Shown: in pieces, positions 14,767 through 28,246 of the stretch
Position numbering within the stretch: the stretch's first letter is position 1
Layout of the letters: each line of letters begins with the position of its first letter
NCBI GenBank assembly: GCA_028826165.1
Contig: JAPDFW010000063.1
Coordinates: forward strand, 310,001 to 374,000
DNA: 64,000 nt
Source of the DNA: Anaeramoeba ignava BMAN
Lineage: Eukaryota > Protista > Anaeramoebae
Direction: 5' to 3'
The notes under the pieces: model-generated
Database searches by the model: none
What the model was told of the DNA's origin: nothing
What the model saw: only the letters and a program-made list of their open reading frames with translations
Position numbers and translations under genes: made by a program

Positions 14767-17700
14767 ATGGATAACAATAATAATAACCAAATTCAAATTG
14801 CAAATCAAAATGAAAATGGAAATGAAAAGAAAAATTTAGAAAAAAAAGTAACAAAAAATTTAATTAAAGATTATTCAAACCTTTTAAATGGAAATTCATT
14901 TAAAGATTTTTCAATTTTTGTTGAGAATAAATCAAATCCTTTTGAAATTAAAGTTCATAAATCAATTTTATCTTCAAGATCTCCTTTTTTTAATGAATCA
15001 TTAAGGCAAGAATCTCTTTCTATTTCTTTAAATCAATTTAATAAAAAAGAAATGGAATCAATTTTGAGTTATATTTATTATGGAAATATTTCTTTTGAGA
15101 ATCAAGAAAATCTTATCCAATTATTGGAAATTTCAATTTATTTTAAATTAGATTTATTGAAAGAAATTATTCAAAAAAAAATTTTAAATTCAATTAATTA
15201 TTCAAATTTTTTCCAATTTTTATTCCAAAATCGAAATTTAAATTTAAATGAAATTGAAATAAAATGTTTTGAATTAATAAATCAAAATTTTTCCCAAATT
15301 CAAAATAATGAGAATTTATTCAATTTAACTAAAGAAGAAATTATCAAATTTATTCAATTTAAACAAGAAAAAAAAGAAATTTTTCAATTTGATTTTTTTC
15401 AATTTTTAAATAATTGGATTGAAAAAAGAGTTAATTCATTAAGATTAAGGAAATATAAACACAAAATGAATGCAAAGAAAAGATTATTTCATTCTTTTTT
15501 TTCATTATTTGATAAAGATTCAATTTCAAAACAAGATTTTGATAAATTAAAACAATTTGAGATTTTTCTTCCAAATTCTTTTTTAATTCATTTTGAAAGA
15601 GCTATTTTTCAAATTCAAGATCAAGAAAATCAAACAAAAATCAAAGAAAAAGAAAAGAAAATTAAAGAAAATGAAGATCGAATCCAAAGAAGAGATAAAA
15701 GAATTAGGTTAATTGAATCAGAAAATCATGCCACAAAAAAAGAGAATCGAGATTTGAAATCCGAAAATGAAAAGAAAAAAAAGGAAATTCTTCATTTAAA
15801 ATCTGAGAATACAAAGAAAGAAGAAGAAATTGCTTCCTTGAAATCTCAAAAAGAAATTGATGAAAAACAAAAACCAAAAGAAACAAGAGATTATCAAACA
15901 AAAGAAATAAAAGATGAACAATCAAAAGAAATAAAAGATGAACAACCAAAAGAAACAGAAACAAAAGATAAACAAACAAAAGAAACAGAAATAAAATCAA
16001 AAGAAATTAAGGATAAACAAACAAAAGAAACAAAAGATGAACAACCAAAAGAAATAAAAGATGAACAACCAAAAGAAATAAAAGATGAACAACCAAAAGA
16101 AATAAAGGATAAACAACCAAAAGAAACAAAAGATGAACAATCAAAAGAAACAAGAGATTATCAACCAAAAGAAACTGATATAAAACCAAAAGAAACAAAA
16201 GATGAAAAACCAAAAAATTTGGAACAAAAAACTTCACCAAATGAAAATATACCTTCATATTCACTCCCATTCAAAATTCAACAAATTCAAACAAAAGTAA
16301 GCATTGATATAATAGAAATCAAATGGAAAATGCCGGAGAATTGAAATTTGAAAAATAAATTGAATTTTTCTGTGAAACAAAAGAAAAATCACAGCCAAGA
16401 ATATTCATTATAAAAACCAAATATTAATTTTGATAAATAGTTAAAACAAAAACAATTTGAATCATCAATGATATTCAATACAAGTTCAGAGGATATGATG
16501 TACTTTTGACTTACTGGGAACAAAATATCAAGTTCAAATCAATTCATTTAAAACTGTTGAATCAAAAAATATACGAAAGAATGCAAAATAAATATATGCA
16601 TAAAAACTTAAAAGTAGGAGTAACATACACAGCAAAGATAAGAACAATTAACAATCACATCAAGCGATTGGAGAAAGTTCCAAATTCAAAAAGAATCGTC
16701 CTGAGCAAATTGTCAATCTAAAAATATCAAGATTTATCCTTAACTTGGGCGCCAAAAGATGGATTACAAATTCAAAAATATCAAATCAGAATTCCAAATC
16801 ATAGAACAATTTCAACAGTTGGCAATCGTGCTTATTTAAGAAAACGTTCCATCTGGGAAAATCTAAAAATTTATATTATGAAAACCAGGAAAAGAAACAA
16901 GTAATTTAATTTAATATTTGATTTGATATTTAATTTTATATTTAATTTAATAAATTTGATAAATTTAAAAAGATTTAATTTTTATATTTAATTTTATATT
17001 TAAAAGAAACAAATTTGATATTTAATTTTATATTTGATTTGATATTTAATTTTATATTTGATTTGATATTTAATTTAATATTTAATATTTAATTTTATAT
17101 TTGATTTGATATTTAATTTTATATTTAATATTTAATTTAATATTTAATTTTATATTTAATATTTATTTTAAAATAGCTTTCGATATTCCTTTAGAAAAAT
17201 CTCATGTATTTACAAAAGAAAAATATCAAACTTCACAAAGAATGCAAAGCTTTTTGTTAGAAAATAACCTAGATGTTGAAATCCAAGGAGAATATACTCC
17301 AGGACAGTTTAAATGTGAAATTGATGGAAAATCTTTGAATTTTAAAACTGTTGAAGGTTTTTTTCCAAAATTTTTAAAAAGAAAAACAAATTTATTAATT
17401 TTTTATTATAAAAACCAAATAATTAATTTTGATAAATAGTTACTGAATTTGTTCGAGTTGGAGGTGGTTATTTAAGATTTGAGGATTATGTGGAAAAACA
17501 TTTAAAACCAAATTTAAAATTTGTTAAAACAAAAGGAGTTGGTGGATTTTTATCAGGAGGAGAAAATAAAACAGAAACAAAAGATGAACAAACAAAAGAA
17601 ACAAAAGATGAACAACCAAAAGAAACAGAAATAAAATCAAAAGAAACAAAAACAAAAGATAAACAAACAAAAGATAAACAACCAAAAGAAATAAAAGATG

Positions 17701-17822
17701 AACAACCAAAAGATGAATTAAAGAAAGATGAAAAACCAAAAGAAGAAATAAAGAAAGATGAAAAACCAAAAGATGAAATAAAGAAAGATGATTTAAAGAA
17801 AGATGAATTAAACAAAGATTAA
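14767..17822 (+). CDS. BTB-BACK + coiled coil + KDEQPKE repeats + disrupted FN3-like region + GAS2/GAR domain protein (possibly pseudogene)
   Basis: BTB 'FKDFSIFVE..IKVHKSILSSRSPFF'. Exons 17177-~17356 and 17440-17822 splice to give 'EFVRVGGGYLRFEDYVEKH' (GAS2 signature VRVGGG). Region 16340-16900 has stops and frameshifts. Confidence 0.7.
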
Positions 17823-18272
17823 AAACCAAAAGAAATAAAGATGAAAAAACAAAAGAAATTAAACAAAGATCAAAAACCAAAAAAAAAGAAATAAAAGATC
17901 AAAAACCAAAAAGAAAAATAAAGAAACAAAAGATAAACAACCAAAAGAAACAGAAATAAAATCAAAAGAAATAAAAGATAAACAATCAAAATTAAATTGA
18001 AAATCAAAATCAAAATTCAAAATTCAAAAAGTCCCAAAATCAAAATTAAAATTAAAATTAAAATTAAAATTAAAAATCAAAATTAAAATTAAAATTAAAA
18101 TTAAAATTAAAATCAAAATTAAAATTAAAATTAAAATTAAAATTAAAATCAAAATGAAAATCAAAATCAAATTGAAAATCAAAATCAAAATTAATTAAAA
18201 ATCAAAATCAAAAAATCAAAATTAATTAAAAATCAAAATCAAAATTTCATTTTTTCATTTTTTTTTAATAAA

Positions 18273-19754
18273 ATGGAAACTTATTCTAATTTAGAAAAAC
18301 TTTCAAATGATTTAAAAAATTTATTTAAAAATGAAAATGAAAATCAAAATGAAAGTTATTTTGATTTTGAAATAATTTGTGAACAAAATCAAACTTCATT
18401 TAAAACTCATAAATCAATTCTTTCTTCAAGAAGTGAATATTTTAAAACTCTTTTTAAATCTAAAATGAAAGAATATCAAGAAAATAAATTAATTCTAAAA
18501 GATGTTTCAAGTTCAATTCTATTCCCAATTTTAAAATATTTTTATTCAGGAAAAATTGGAATTAATTCAGAAAATGCAATAGAAATTTTAATTTTTTCAT
18601 CAAAATATTTAATTGATGAATTAATTGAATTTTGTTCAACTTTTATCAAAAACAATTTAGAATTAGAAACTACTATTGATATTCTTAAATTATCTGAATC
18701 AATGAATCTAAATCAATTAATAGATTTTTCTTATCAATTTATTTGTGAGAATTTTGAAGAATTTGTGAAAACTCCATTTTTTCTTGAACTTGAAGAAAAT
18801 CAATTAGATTCAATATTATCGAATTATAAAATTTCAATAAATGAATTTGAACTTTTGCAATCAATAATAAAATGGGGGAAGCATAAATCAAATATTAATC
18901 AAGAAATGGATAGAAAAGAAGAAAAAGAAAAAATACAAGATCAAATTTGCAATATTATTGAAAAAATCAGATTTATTGATTTTACGAAAAGAGAGCTCGA
19001 AGATATTTTGAAAGAAGAATTAATTCCGAATGAAATTTCAGAAAAATTAATTCAATTCCAAAAACTTAAAAAAGATGAAAAAGGATTGAAAGAATTTATT
19101 GGAAAAGAAAAAGAAAACGAAAACTCATTAATTTTCAAACCAAGATTTCTTTTTGATTCCGAAATTATTCAAGAGATTAAGCATTTCAAGAAATTAAGAG
19201 AATGGATAAATGATGATGAATTCTTTTCTAAAATGAAAAAGGGATATTCAGGAAAAAGAGATGGATTTTTTGGTTACAAATGGCATAATATATGCGATGA
19301 TAAAGGAAAAACATTAGTTGTTATCAAAACAAAAGATAATTATATTTTTGGAGGATTTACTCAAGTTGGATTTACAAATGATAAATCAAAATGGAGAAAA
19401 GAAGATCGAAAATATTATTCTGGATATATCAAAGATTCAAATGCATTTATTTTTTCATTAAGAAATGATAAGAATGACAGAAAGCCAGAGAAATTTCCGA
19501 TTAAAGAAGAAGAAGATGAAAAACCAGAAAAATTCGCACTTTGTTATAATTCAAGTTATGGTCCAATTTTTGGGAATTATTATGATATTTATTTAAATTC
19601 CAAAATGCAAACTGGCAAATCTAATTTTGGTTCTACTTACAATTTGCCTAAAGGAATTGGCTATGGAAGTGATGAAGCTAAAAGTTATTTAGTTTGTTCT
19701 TTTGATAAAGAAGAAGCTGAAGAAGTTGAAGAAGTTGAGACTTTTTTTATTTAA
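18273..19754 (+). CDS. BTB-BACK-TLDc domain protein
   Basis: BTB 'FKTHKSILSSRSEYFKTLF', BACK 'EFELLQSIIKW..IRF', TLDc 'GKRDGF..WHNICDDKGKTLVVIKT..IFGGFT..YGPIFG'. Confidence 0.9.
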   Translation: METYSNLEKLSNDLKNLFKNENENQNESYFDFEIICEQNQTSFKTHKSILSSRSEYFKTLFKSKMKEYQENKLILKDVSSSILFPILKYFYSGKIGINSENAIEILIFSSKYLIDELIEFCSTFIKNNLELETTIDILKLSESMNLNQLIDFSYQFICENFEEFVKTPFFLELEENQLDSILSNYKISINEFELLQSIIKWGKHKSNINQEMDRKEEKEKIQDQICNIIEKIRFIDFTKRELEDILKEELIPNEISEKLIQFQKLKKDEKGLKEFIGKEKENENSLIFKPRFLFDSEIIQEIKHFKKLREWINDDEFFSKMKKGYSGKRDGFFGYKWHNICDDKGKTLVVIKTKDNYIFGGFTQVGFTNDKSKWRKEDRKYYSGYIKDSNAFIFSLRNDKNDRKPEKFPIKEEEDEKPEKFALCYNSSYGPIFGNYYDIYLNSKMQTGKSNFGSTYNLPKGIGYGSDEAKSYLVCSFDKEEAEEVEEVETFFI

Positions 19755-20086
19755 AAATTTAATTAAAAAAAATTTTAGATCCAATTTCGAAAATAAGAAT
19801 TCTTCTTTTTATTTTTTTTTCTTATTTTTTTTGTTGAGAATTTAAAACAGATTAAAATTATTTACAAATTTCCTTATTGTTTTTTTATTTTAATTTTTTA
19901 ATTTTAGTATTAAAATTGATAAAGCAAATAAAAATGAAAAAAAAAATTATTTAAAAATTTCTTTTTTCATTTTTATTTTCATTTTTATTTTCTCATTATT
20001 TTTTTTAATTTCTTTTTTCTTATTAAAAATCATTACAAAAATTAATAATTGTTTTAAATAATAAAAATTAAATTACGAATTGATTT

Positions 20087-23000
20087 ATGATGACACTCTC
20101 AATTCAAGAAATGAAAGAAAAAATTGAACTTTTTAAAAGTTCTCATGAACAAAGAATATCTGATGCAATTGGATCACATATTTTCTTTGAAATTAATTGG
20201 GACTCAGTATTAAAATCACGAAATTCAGAAAGGGCAGTTAAAACATTATTTTGTTGGCAAGGTTATTTTGTGATTGGAAGACTTGTTGAAGCAATTGAAA
20301 AATTTGTTTATACTTCTGGTTGTCGAGAGATTGTTGCTTCAAAAATGAAAACGATTCGAGTTGAATCTGTTTCAAAAGTACGAAATTTATTTGAATTAAA
20401 ATTGAATTGAATTGAATATTGAATATTGAATATTGAATTTTAATTTAAATTGAATTGAATTAAATATTGAATTAAATATTGAATTTAATTGAATTGAATT
20501 AAATATTGATTATTGAATTTTGAATTAAATATTGAATATTGAATTAAATATTGAATTGAATTAAATATTGAATTAAATATTGAATTGAATTAAATATTGA
20601 ATTGAATTGAATTAAATTAAATATTGAATTGAATTGAATTAAATATTAAATATTAAATATTAAATATTAAAATGAATTAAATATTAAATTGAATTAAATT
20701 AAATTGAATTAAATATTAAATTAAATATTGAATTGAATATTGGAATTAAATTAAATTAAATATTGAATATTAAATATTGAATTAAATATTGAATTGAATT
20801 GGAATTGAATATTGAATTGAATTAAATATTGAATTAAATTGAATTAAAATTGAATTAAATATTGAATTAAAATTGAATTGAATATTGAATTAAGACAAAT
20901 TAAATGAATTGAATTGAATATTGAATTAAATTTAAATATTAAATATTGAATTAAATATTGAATTGAATATTGAATTGGATTAAATATTGAATTGAATTGA
21001 ATATTGAATTTTGAATTAAATTGAATTGAATATTGAATTGAATTGAATTAAATATTAAATATTAAATTAAATATTGAATTGAATATTGAATTGAATTAAA
21101 TATTGAATTAAATATTAAATATTGAATTGAATATTGAATTGAATATTGAATTGAATTGAATTGAATTGAATATTGAATTGAATTGAATTGAATTGAATTG
21201 AATTAAATATTGAATTTAATATTGAATTAAATATTAAATTGAATTGAATTAAATATTAAATTGAATTGAATTAAAAATTGAATTGAATATTGAATTGAAT
21301 ATTGAATTGAATTGAATTAAATATTGAATTAAATATTAAATATTGAATATTGAATTAAATATTGAATATTGAATTGAATATTGAATTGAATTAAATATCG
21401 AATTTTGAATTAAATTTAATTGAATTGAATTAAATTAAATTGAATGAATTGAATATTGAATTAAATATTGAATTAAATATTAAATATTGAATTGAATATT
21501 GAATTGAATTAAATTAAATATTGAATTAAATATTTGAATTAAAATTAAATATTAAATTGAATTGAATATTGAATTAAATTAAATTAAATATTAAATGAAA
21601 ATTGAATTAAATATTGAATTAAATATTGAAATTAAATAAATATTGAATTGAATTAAAAATTGAATTGAATATTGAATTGAATTAAATTGAATTGAATATT
21701 GAATTGAATTAAATATTGAATATTGAATTGAATTGAATTGAATTGAATATTGAATTAAATATTAATTTGAATTGAATTGAATTGAATTAAATATTGAATT
21801 AAATATTGAATTGAATTAAATATTAAATTAAATATTGAATTGAATTAAATATTGAATTAAATATAAATATTGAATTGAATATTAAATATTGTTGAAATTT
21901 TTTCTTCTTCAAAAAAAAAAAAAAAAGGGAAAGAACATCTTTTTACGTAATTCTATTTTAACTTTTCAAGGTAATTTTAGTAAAGGAAGTGCTGGTGTTA
22001 TGAAACAAAATATTTTGGAAATGAGTATTGCAAAAGTTTTTGAACAAGTTTTACCTTTTTATCAAAAACAAGTGGAATCAAAAATAATTCCAGAAACAAA
22101 AAAAGTAAATTTAAATACTTTTTTTTTTAAAAATTAAATTAAAAATTAAATTAAAAATTAAGTCCATTTCGGAAATAATGGATTCGGAACTGAAAATTAT
22201 AATTGATTGGGAATCATTTAAACTTTCATCAGATATCAGTAAAACACTTTCCAATTTCACATCACTTCAAGGACATAATTCATTTAATAAATTACTTACT
22301 GCACTTAGATCATCAGTTAGAGATGATCGAATATCCCCCAAAAAACTAACTAAAATAATCGCAAAGGTTTGTCTCAAAAACACATTCTATCAAATATTCA
22401 TCCCGTTTACTTTCTTCTCAACAATTTGACCCACTTTTTTTTGTTCCCCATTTAATTTAGATTGTTTTTATTCATTCTCCAAAAAGAAAAAATGTTTATA
22501 TCAATGATGATACTTTGTATGTTTTTTGCAATTGGGAAGATCCTTGGAAAGGCAATCTACTTTCTGAAGATTATCAGGTTTTTAACTCAATCAATTTTCT
22601 CTATTAATAACTCAATCAAAAAAAAATGATTTGAATTTTTGTGGTTTTTTTTATTTATTTATTTAGTCAATTTTCACTCAAAGTTGTCAATTTTATAAAC
22701 TAACAAGAAAAATGAACAAAAAAAGAGATCAATCGAGTCTTTTGGGTAAAATAGCAAGTAATCTAAGTGATTTATCTGATTGTTCATTTGTGCAAAATGG
22801 ATATATTGAGCATCTTCGCTGGATTACTTCACAACCAATTATTATACAACCAGTAAAACAAAAACAAAATCAAAATCAAATTAAAATCAAAATCAAAATC
22901 AAAATTAAAATTAAAATTAAAATCAAAATCAAAATCAAAATCAAAATTAAAATCAAAATCAAAATTAAAATCAAAATCAAAATCAAAATTAAAATTAAAA

Positions 23001-25063
23001 TTAAAATCAAAATCAAAATCAAAATCAAAATCAAAAAATTCTTTGATTTAAAATCAAAATCAAAATCAAAATCAAAATCAAAATCAAAATCAAAATCAAA
23101 ATTAAAATTAAAATCAAAATTAAAATCAAAATCAAAATCAAATTCAAAATAAATTAAAATCAAAATCAAAATCAAAATCAAAATTAAAATCAAAATCAAA
23201 ATCAAAATCAAAATCAAAATCAAAATCAAAATTAAAATCAAAATCAAAATCAAAATCAAAATCAAAATAAAAATTAAAATCAAAATCAAAATCAAAATTA
23301 AAATCAAAATCAAAATCAAAATCAAAATTAAAATCAAAATTAAAATCAAAATTAAAATTAAAATTAAAATCAAAATCAAAATCAAAATCAAAAAATTCTT
23401 TGATTTAAAATTAAAATCAAAATTAAAATCAAAATTAAAATTAAAATCAAAATTAAAATTAAAATTAAAATCAAAATCAAAATCAAAATCAAAAAATTCT
23501 TTGATTTAAAATCAAAATCAAAATTAAAATTAAAAATCAAAATCAAATTTAAAATCAAAATCAAAATCAAAATCAAAAAATTCTTTGATTTAAAATCAAA
23601 ATCAAAATCAAAATCAAAAAATTCTTTGATTTAAAATTAAAATTAAAAAGGATAAAGAAGACACTGAAGCATTAAAAATCCTTTTAGATAAACATGTCAA
23701 CCGTAAGAAAAAAAAACTTATGGAGGTTAAAATCTACGGAATTCCAATACAAAAAGTAAATAAAAGAGGGTCATATCAAGATAGACTGCTGTTGATCACC
23801 AACAAATCGCTTTACACAATGCGGTTCGATTACAAAAAGAAAAAAACCGTGAAAAGCACAATCAAACAATTCGATCACATTGATTACAGCAATGTTTATG
23901 TTGGGGAGCTTCGTAAAAAAAGTACATCCAACACGCAAGAAGATCCTCAAATCCAAAGCAACTCAAAAGAAAATTTTGGGATTCTTTTACAAACGATCAA
24001 ACGAACAAGCAAAAAGGATCCAATAAACGAGGCAACGAAGCATCTTGGACTGACGACGTTCCAGATCTACGAGAAATTAGTGGAACGGCAAATTGTGGAT
24101 CAAAAAGCAACGTTAGAAAAATTTTTTCCCGAAACGTCAGATTATTCAATTTCGCAGTTATTCGGAATTTGTTGCAAATCAATTGCCAAGCAAACCAATA
24201 AGATCCCAGTTGTGACTGTAGGACAATTCCCACCAGCAAGTATCCTTGAGATTCTTTTTCTGCTCGAAGAAGGTGCAGAGCGTCTTGAGACGCGAGAAAA
24301 ACCAAAACTTCCGAACGTCCCAGAAATCAATCTTCGATGGATTTTAGATCAAGTACTTTTTGCGGTCAGAGACAACAAGATCGAGGTGTCTTTCCCAGAG
24401 AAACCGTGTCTTCGTTATCTGTTCAAATCGATTCTGCAGGCGATCCGGCTTGTTCCTGATGGGAATCTCAAGGATATCGAGCCCGAAACGCCGAAACCTT
24501 TGGGCTTCAAAACAATCATTTCTTCAATTGCTTCTCTTTTGCGGGAGATCGACGATCCGCTCCCCAATCTTGAGATCTCTAACTTTGAGTTGCCCGATAT
24601 GCTTGAAATCCTCGAGACTATCGAAGAACAAATAGTGGATGAAATTTCAATTAATTTTCCTAAACCAAAAAAAATAAAATTACTTGATGCTATTTATTCT
24701 GTTTGTCATCTTCTTTCTGAGATTGATCTTCCCCTTGTCAAATTTTCCGAAATTCATCCCTCAATCGATTTTTCTGCGCTTCCTTTTGATCTTGAGCAAT
24801 CTGATGAGAATGTGTTTATTAAGACTCAATCTAAATCATCAAATCGTTCAAATTTTCAACAATTGATTTTTCGGCCTCTTAGTGATAAAGGTTGTTCTCA
24901 TGAGTTGTGTCTTCAAGTTGCTTCTATTTTCCGTTCTGTTGTTGTTTCCGCAAATTCTCCTAGTTATGTTCCTCCTGTTATTGAGTGTCCTATTTTTTAT
25001 CATTCTTCTGTTACTGGATCTTTACTTACAAAAATGAAAGGAAAATCAAATAAACAAAAATGA
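20087..25063 (+). CDS. Uncharacterised protein with a duplicated N-terminal module and a PH-like (TH1/hSac2-type) domain
   Basis: 6 exons spliced in frame. Introns begin 20378, ~22105, ~22367, ~22578, ~22852. 'IQKVNKRGSYQDRLLLITNKSLYTMRFD' resembles TH1/hSac2 PH-fold strands. Confidence 0.7.
20390..21888. repeat. ATTGA / AATATTG mixed microsatellite filling a 1.5-kb intron
   Basis: Visible irregular 5- and 7-mer array. Reverse-complement array at 29890-30590. Confidence 0.9.
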
Positions 25064-25904
25064 TTTCTTTTCTTTTTTCTTTTCTTTTCTCTTTTCTTTT
25101 TTCTTTTTCTTTTTCTTTTTCTTTTTTCTTTTTTTTGTTGTTTTTTTACTATTTCAAGAATTTTGTTCCACTTTTCTTTTTTTTTTTTTCAATAAGATTT
25201 TTAATTAAAAAAAGCTTTTAAAAAAAAAAGGATTTTTCTTTTGAATTCATTTTATTTATTTTTAATTTCAAAATTAATTTCAAAATGAATTAATTTCAAT
25301 TTCAAAATGAATTTTAATTATAATTTTAATTTTAATTTTAATTTTAATATGAATTATAATTTCAAAATGAATTTTAATTATAATTTTAATTTTAATTTTG
25401 AATTTGAATTTTAATATGAATTTCAATTTTAATTTTAATTTTAATTTTAATTTTAATTTTAATTTTAATTTTAATTTTAATTTTTTAATTTTAATTTTAA
25501 TTTTAATTTGAATTTTAATTTCAATTTTGAATTTTAATTTTAAAATGAATTTTAATTTCAAAATGAATTTTAATTTTTAATTTTTAATTTTAATTTTAAT
25601 TTTAATTTTAAAATGAATTTAATTTTAATTTTGAATTTTAAAATGAATTTTAATTTTAATTTTAAAATGAATTTTTAATTTTAAAATGAATTTTAATTTG
25701 AATTTTAATTTCAAAAATGAATTTTAATTTCCAAAAATGAATTTTAATTTAATTTTAAAATGAATTTTAATTTTAAAATTTTAATTTTTTTTAATTTGAA
25801 TTTGAATTTTAATTTGAATTTTAATTTGAATTTGAATTTTAATTTTGAATTTGAATTTTAATTTTAATTTTAATTTTAATTTGAATTTTAATTTTAATTT
25901 GAAA

Positions 25905-26243
25905 TTATTTTTTTTCATCTGAATCAATAACAAATTTTTTTGTTGAATAAAGATTATCAATTTTTGTTTGTCTTTTTAAAACTTCAAGTTCTTGTTTTCT
26001 TTCATCATAAAATTGTTGGATTTTTGATTCATCTTTTTCATTTGTTTTCCAGAATTCATCAAAAACTTCATTTGTTCTTCGAGTAAAATATTCTTTAAAA
26101 TTATAATTATTAAATTTTTTTGCTTCTTCTAAAGTTTCTTTTAATAAAGATTCAATTTCATATTTTGTTGCAAATCCAAAAATAATTGTTTTTAAATTTG
26201 AAGTGATGTGTTTTTTTAAATTTTTTTGCAAAACGATTGACAT
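25905..26243 (-). CDS. ISD11: LYR-motif protein ISD11/LYRM4 (cysteine desulfurase partner) with N-terminal presequence
   Basis: 'EAKKFNNYNFKEYFTRRT..F..ELEVLKRQTKIDNLYSTKKFVID' matches the ISD11 consensus (F..YNYR.YA.RR..LKRQ..I.QLYS..KL.IE). Confidence 0.88.
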   Translation of the reverse strand: MSIVLQKNLKKHITSNLKTIIFGFATKYEIESLLKETLEEAKKFNNYNFKEYFTRRTNEVFDEFWKTNEKDESKIQQFYDERKQELEVLKRQTKIDNLYSTKKFVIDSDEKK

Positions 26244-26290
26244 TTTAATTTCAAAAAAAAAATGAAAAATGAAAAAAAAAATTCAAAAAA

Positions 26291-28246
26291 AATAATAAAA
26301 TATTTAAATCTAAAACATTAAATTATTATTTTAATAACAAAATTAAATATTAAATTATATTTTTAAATTAATTTATAAATTAAATACTAAATTAAATCTA
26401 TTCTCATTTTTTATATTTTATGTTAAATATTTAAATAATAAAATATTTAAATTTAAAACAATAAATTATTATTTTAATAATAAAATTAAATATTAAATTT
26501 TATTTTCAAATTAATTTATAAATTAAATATTAAATTAAACCTATTTCCATTTTTATATTTTTATGTTAAATATCTAAATAATAAAATATTTAAATCTAAA
26601 ACATTAAATTATTATTTTAATAACAAAATTAAATATTAATTTATATTTTCAAATTAATTTATAAATTAAATATTAAATTAAACTTATTCTTATTTTTATA
26701 TTAAATCTAAATTAAACCATAAAATTAAATATTAAATTATATTTTTAAATTAATTTTTAAATTAAATATTAAATTAAACTTATTCTTATTTTTATATTTA
26801 TATGTTAAATAATTAAATAATAAAATATTTTAAATCTAAAACATTAAATTATTATTTTAATAACAAAATTAAATATTAAAATTATATTTTTAAATTAATT
26901 TATAAATTAAATATTAAATTAAACCTATTTTTATTTTTATATTTTTATGTTAAATATTTAAATAATAAAATATTTAAATCTAAAACATTAAATTATTATT
27001 TTAATAACAAAATTAAATATTAAATTATATTTTTAAATTAATTTATAAATTAAATATTAAATTAAATCTATTTCCATTTTTATATTTATATGTTAAATAT
27101 TTAAATAATAAAATATTTAAATCTAAAACATTAAATTATTATTTTAATAAAACTAAATATTAAATTATATTTTTAAATTAATTTAAATTAAATATTAAAT
27201 TAAACCTATTCTTATTTTTATATTTATATGTTAAATATTTAAATAATAAAATATTTAAATCTAAAAACATTAAATTATTATTTTAAACATAAAATTAAAT
27301 ATTAAATTATATTTTTAAATTAATTTATAAATTAAATATTAAATTAAATCTATTTCATTTTTTATATTTTTATGTTTAAATATTTAAATAATAAAATATT
27401 TAAATTTAAAACAATAAATTATTATTTTAATAATAAAATTAAATATTAAATTATATTTTTAAATTAATTTATAAATTAAATATTAAATTAAATCTATTCT
27501 CATTTTTATATTTATATGTTAAATATTTAAATAATAAAATATTTAAATCTAAAACAATAAATTATTATTTTAATAACAAAAATTAAATATTAAATTATAT
27601 TTTTAAATTAATTTATAAATTAAATATTAAATTAAATCTATTCTCATTTTTATATTTATATGTTAAATATCTAAATAATAAAATATTTAAATCTAAAACA
27701 TTAAATTATTATTTTAAAAATAAAATTAAATATTAAATTATATTTTTAAATTGATTTATAAATTAAATATTAAATTAAATCTATTTCTTATTTTTTATAT
27801 TTATATGTTAAATATTTAAATAATAAAATATTTAAATCTAAAACATTAAATTATTATTTTTAAACTAATAAAATTAAATATTAAATTATATTTTTAAATT
27901 GATTTATAAATTAAATATTAAATTAAATCTATTCTCATTTTTTATATTTTTATGTTAAATAATTAAATAATAAAATATTTAAATCTAAAACATTAAATTA
28001 TTATTTTAAACATAAAATTAAATATTAAATTATATTTTTAAATTAATTTATAAATTAAATATTAAATTAAATCTATTTCCATTTTTTATATTTATATGTT
28101 AAATATTTAAATAATAAAATATTTAAATTTAAAACAATAAATTATTATTTTAATAATAAAATTAAATATTAAATTATATTTTTAAATTAATTTATAAATT
28201 AAATATTAAATTAAATCTATTTCCATTTTTATATTTATATGTTAAA
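26291..28246 (-). repeat. ~143-bp AT-rich tandem satellite (~13-14 units)
   Basis: 'taaaaca' anchors at 26311, 26454, 26597 ... 27550, 27694, 27838, i.e. 143-144 bp spacing. Confidence 0.92.

Noticed and set aside
16342-16460. In-frame TGA codons suggesting stop-codon reassignment or readthrough
   Set aside because: TGA and TAA terminate intact conserved genes (e.g. RLP24 and DHHC end in TGA), Trp is TGG throughout, and this region also has frameshifts.
15704-17880. Antisense hydrophobic ORFs (LLVVHLLF repeats)
   Set aside because: Shadow frames of the KDEQPKE repeat coding strand.
22860-23650. ORF-track poly-IL/KI/SK/FN/FD proteins (also 1991-2284, 36449-37139, 38491-39138, 44359-44676, 59912-60283)
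   Set aside because: Stop-free readings of hexamer repeats lying inside GT-AG introns or spacers.
14358-26290. Autonomous transposon between the inverted 143-bp arrays
   Set aside because: No transposase, integrase or polymerase ORF; the interval includes the housekeeping gene ISD11; no target-site duplication seen.
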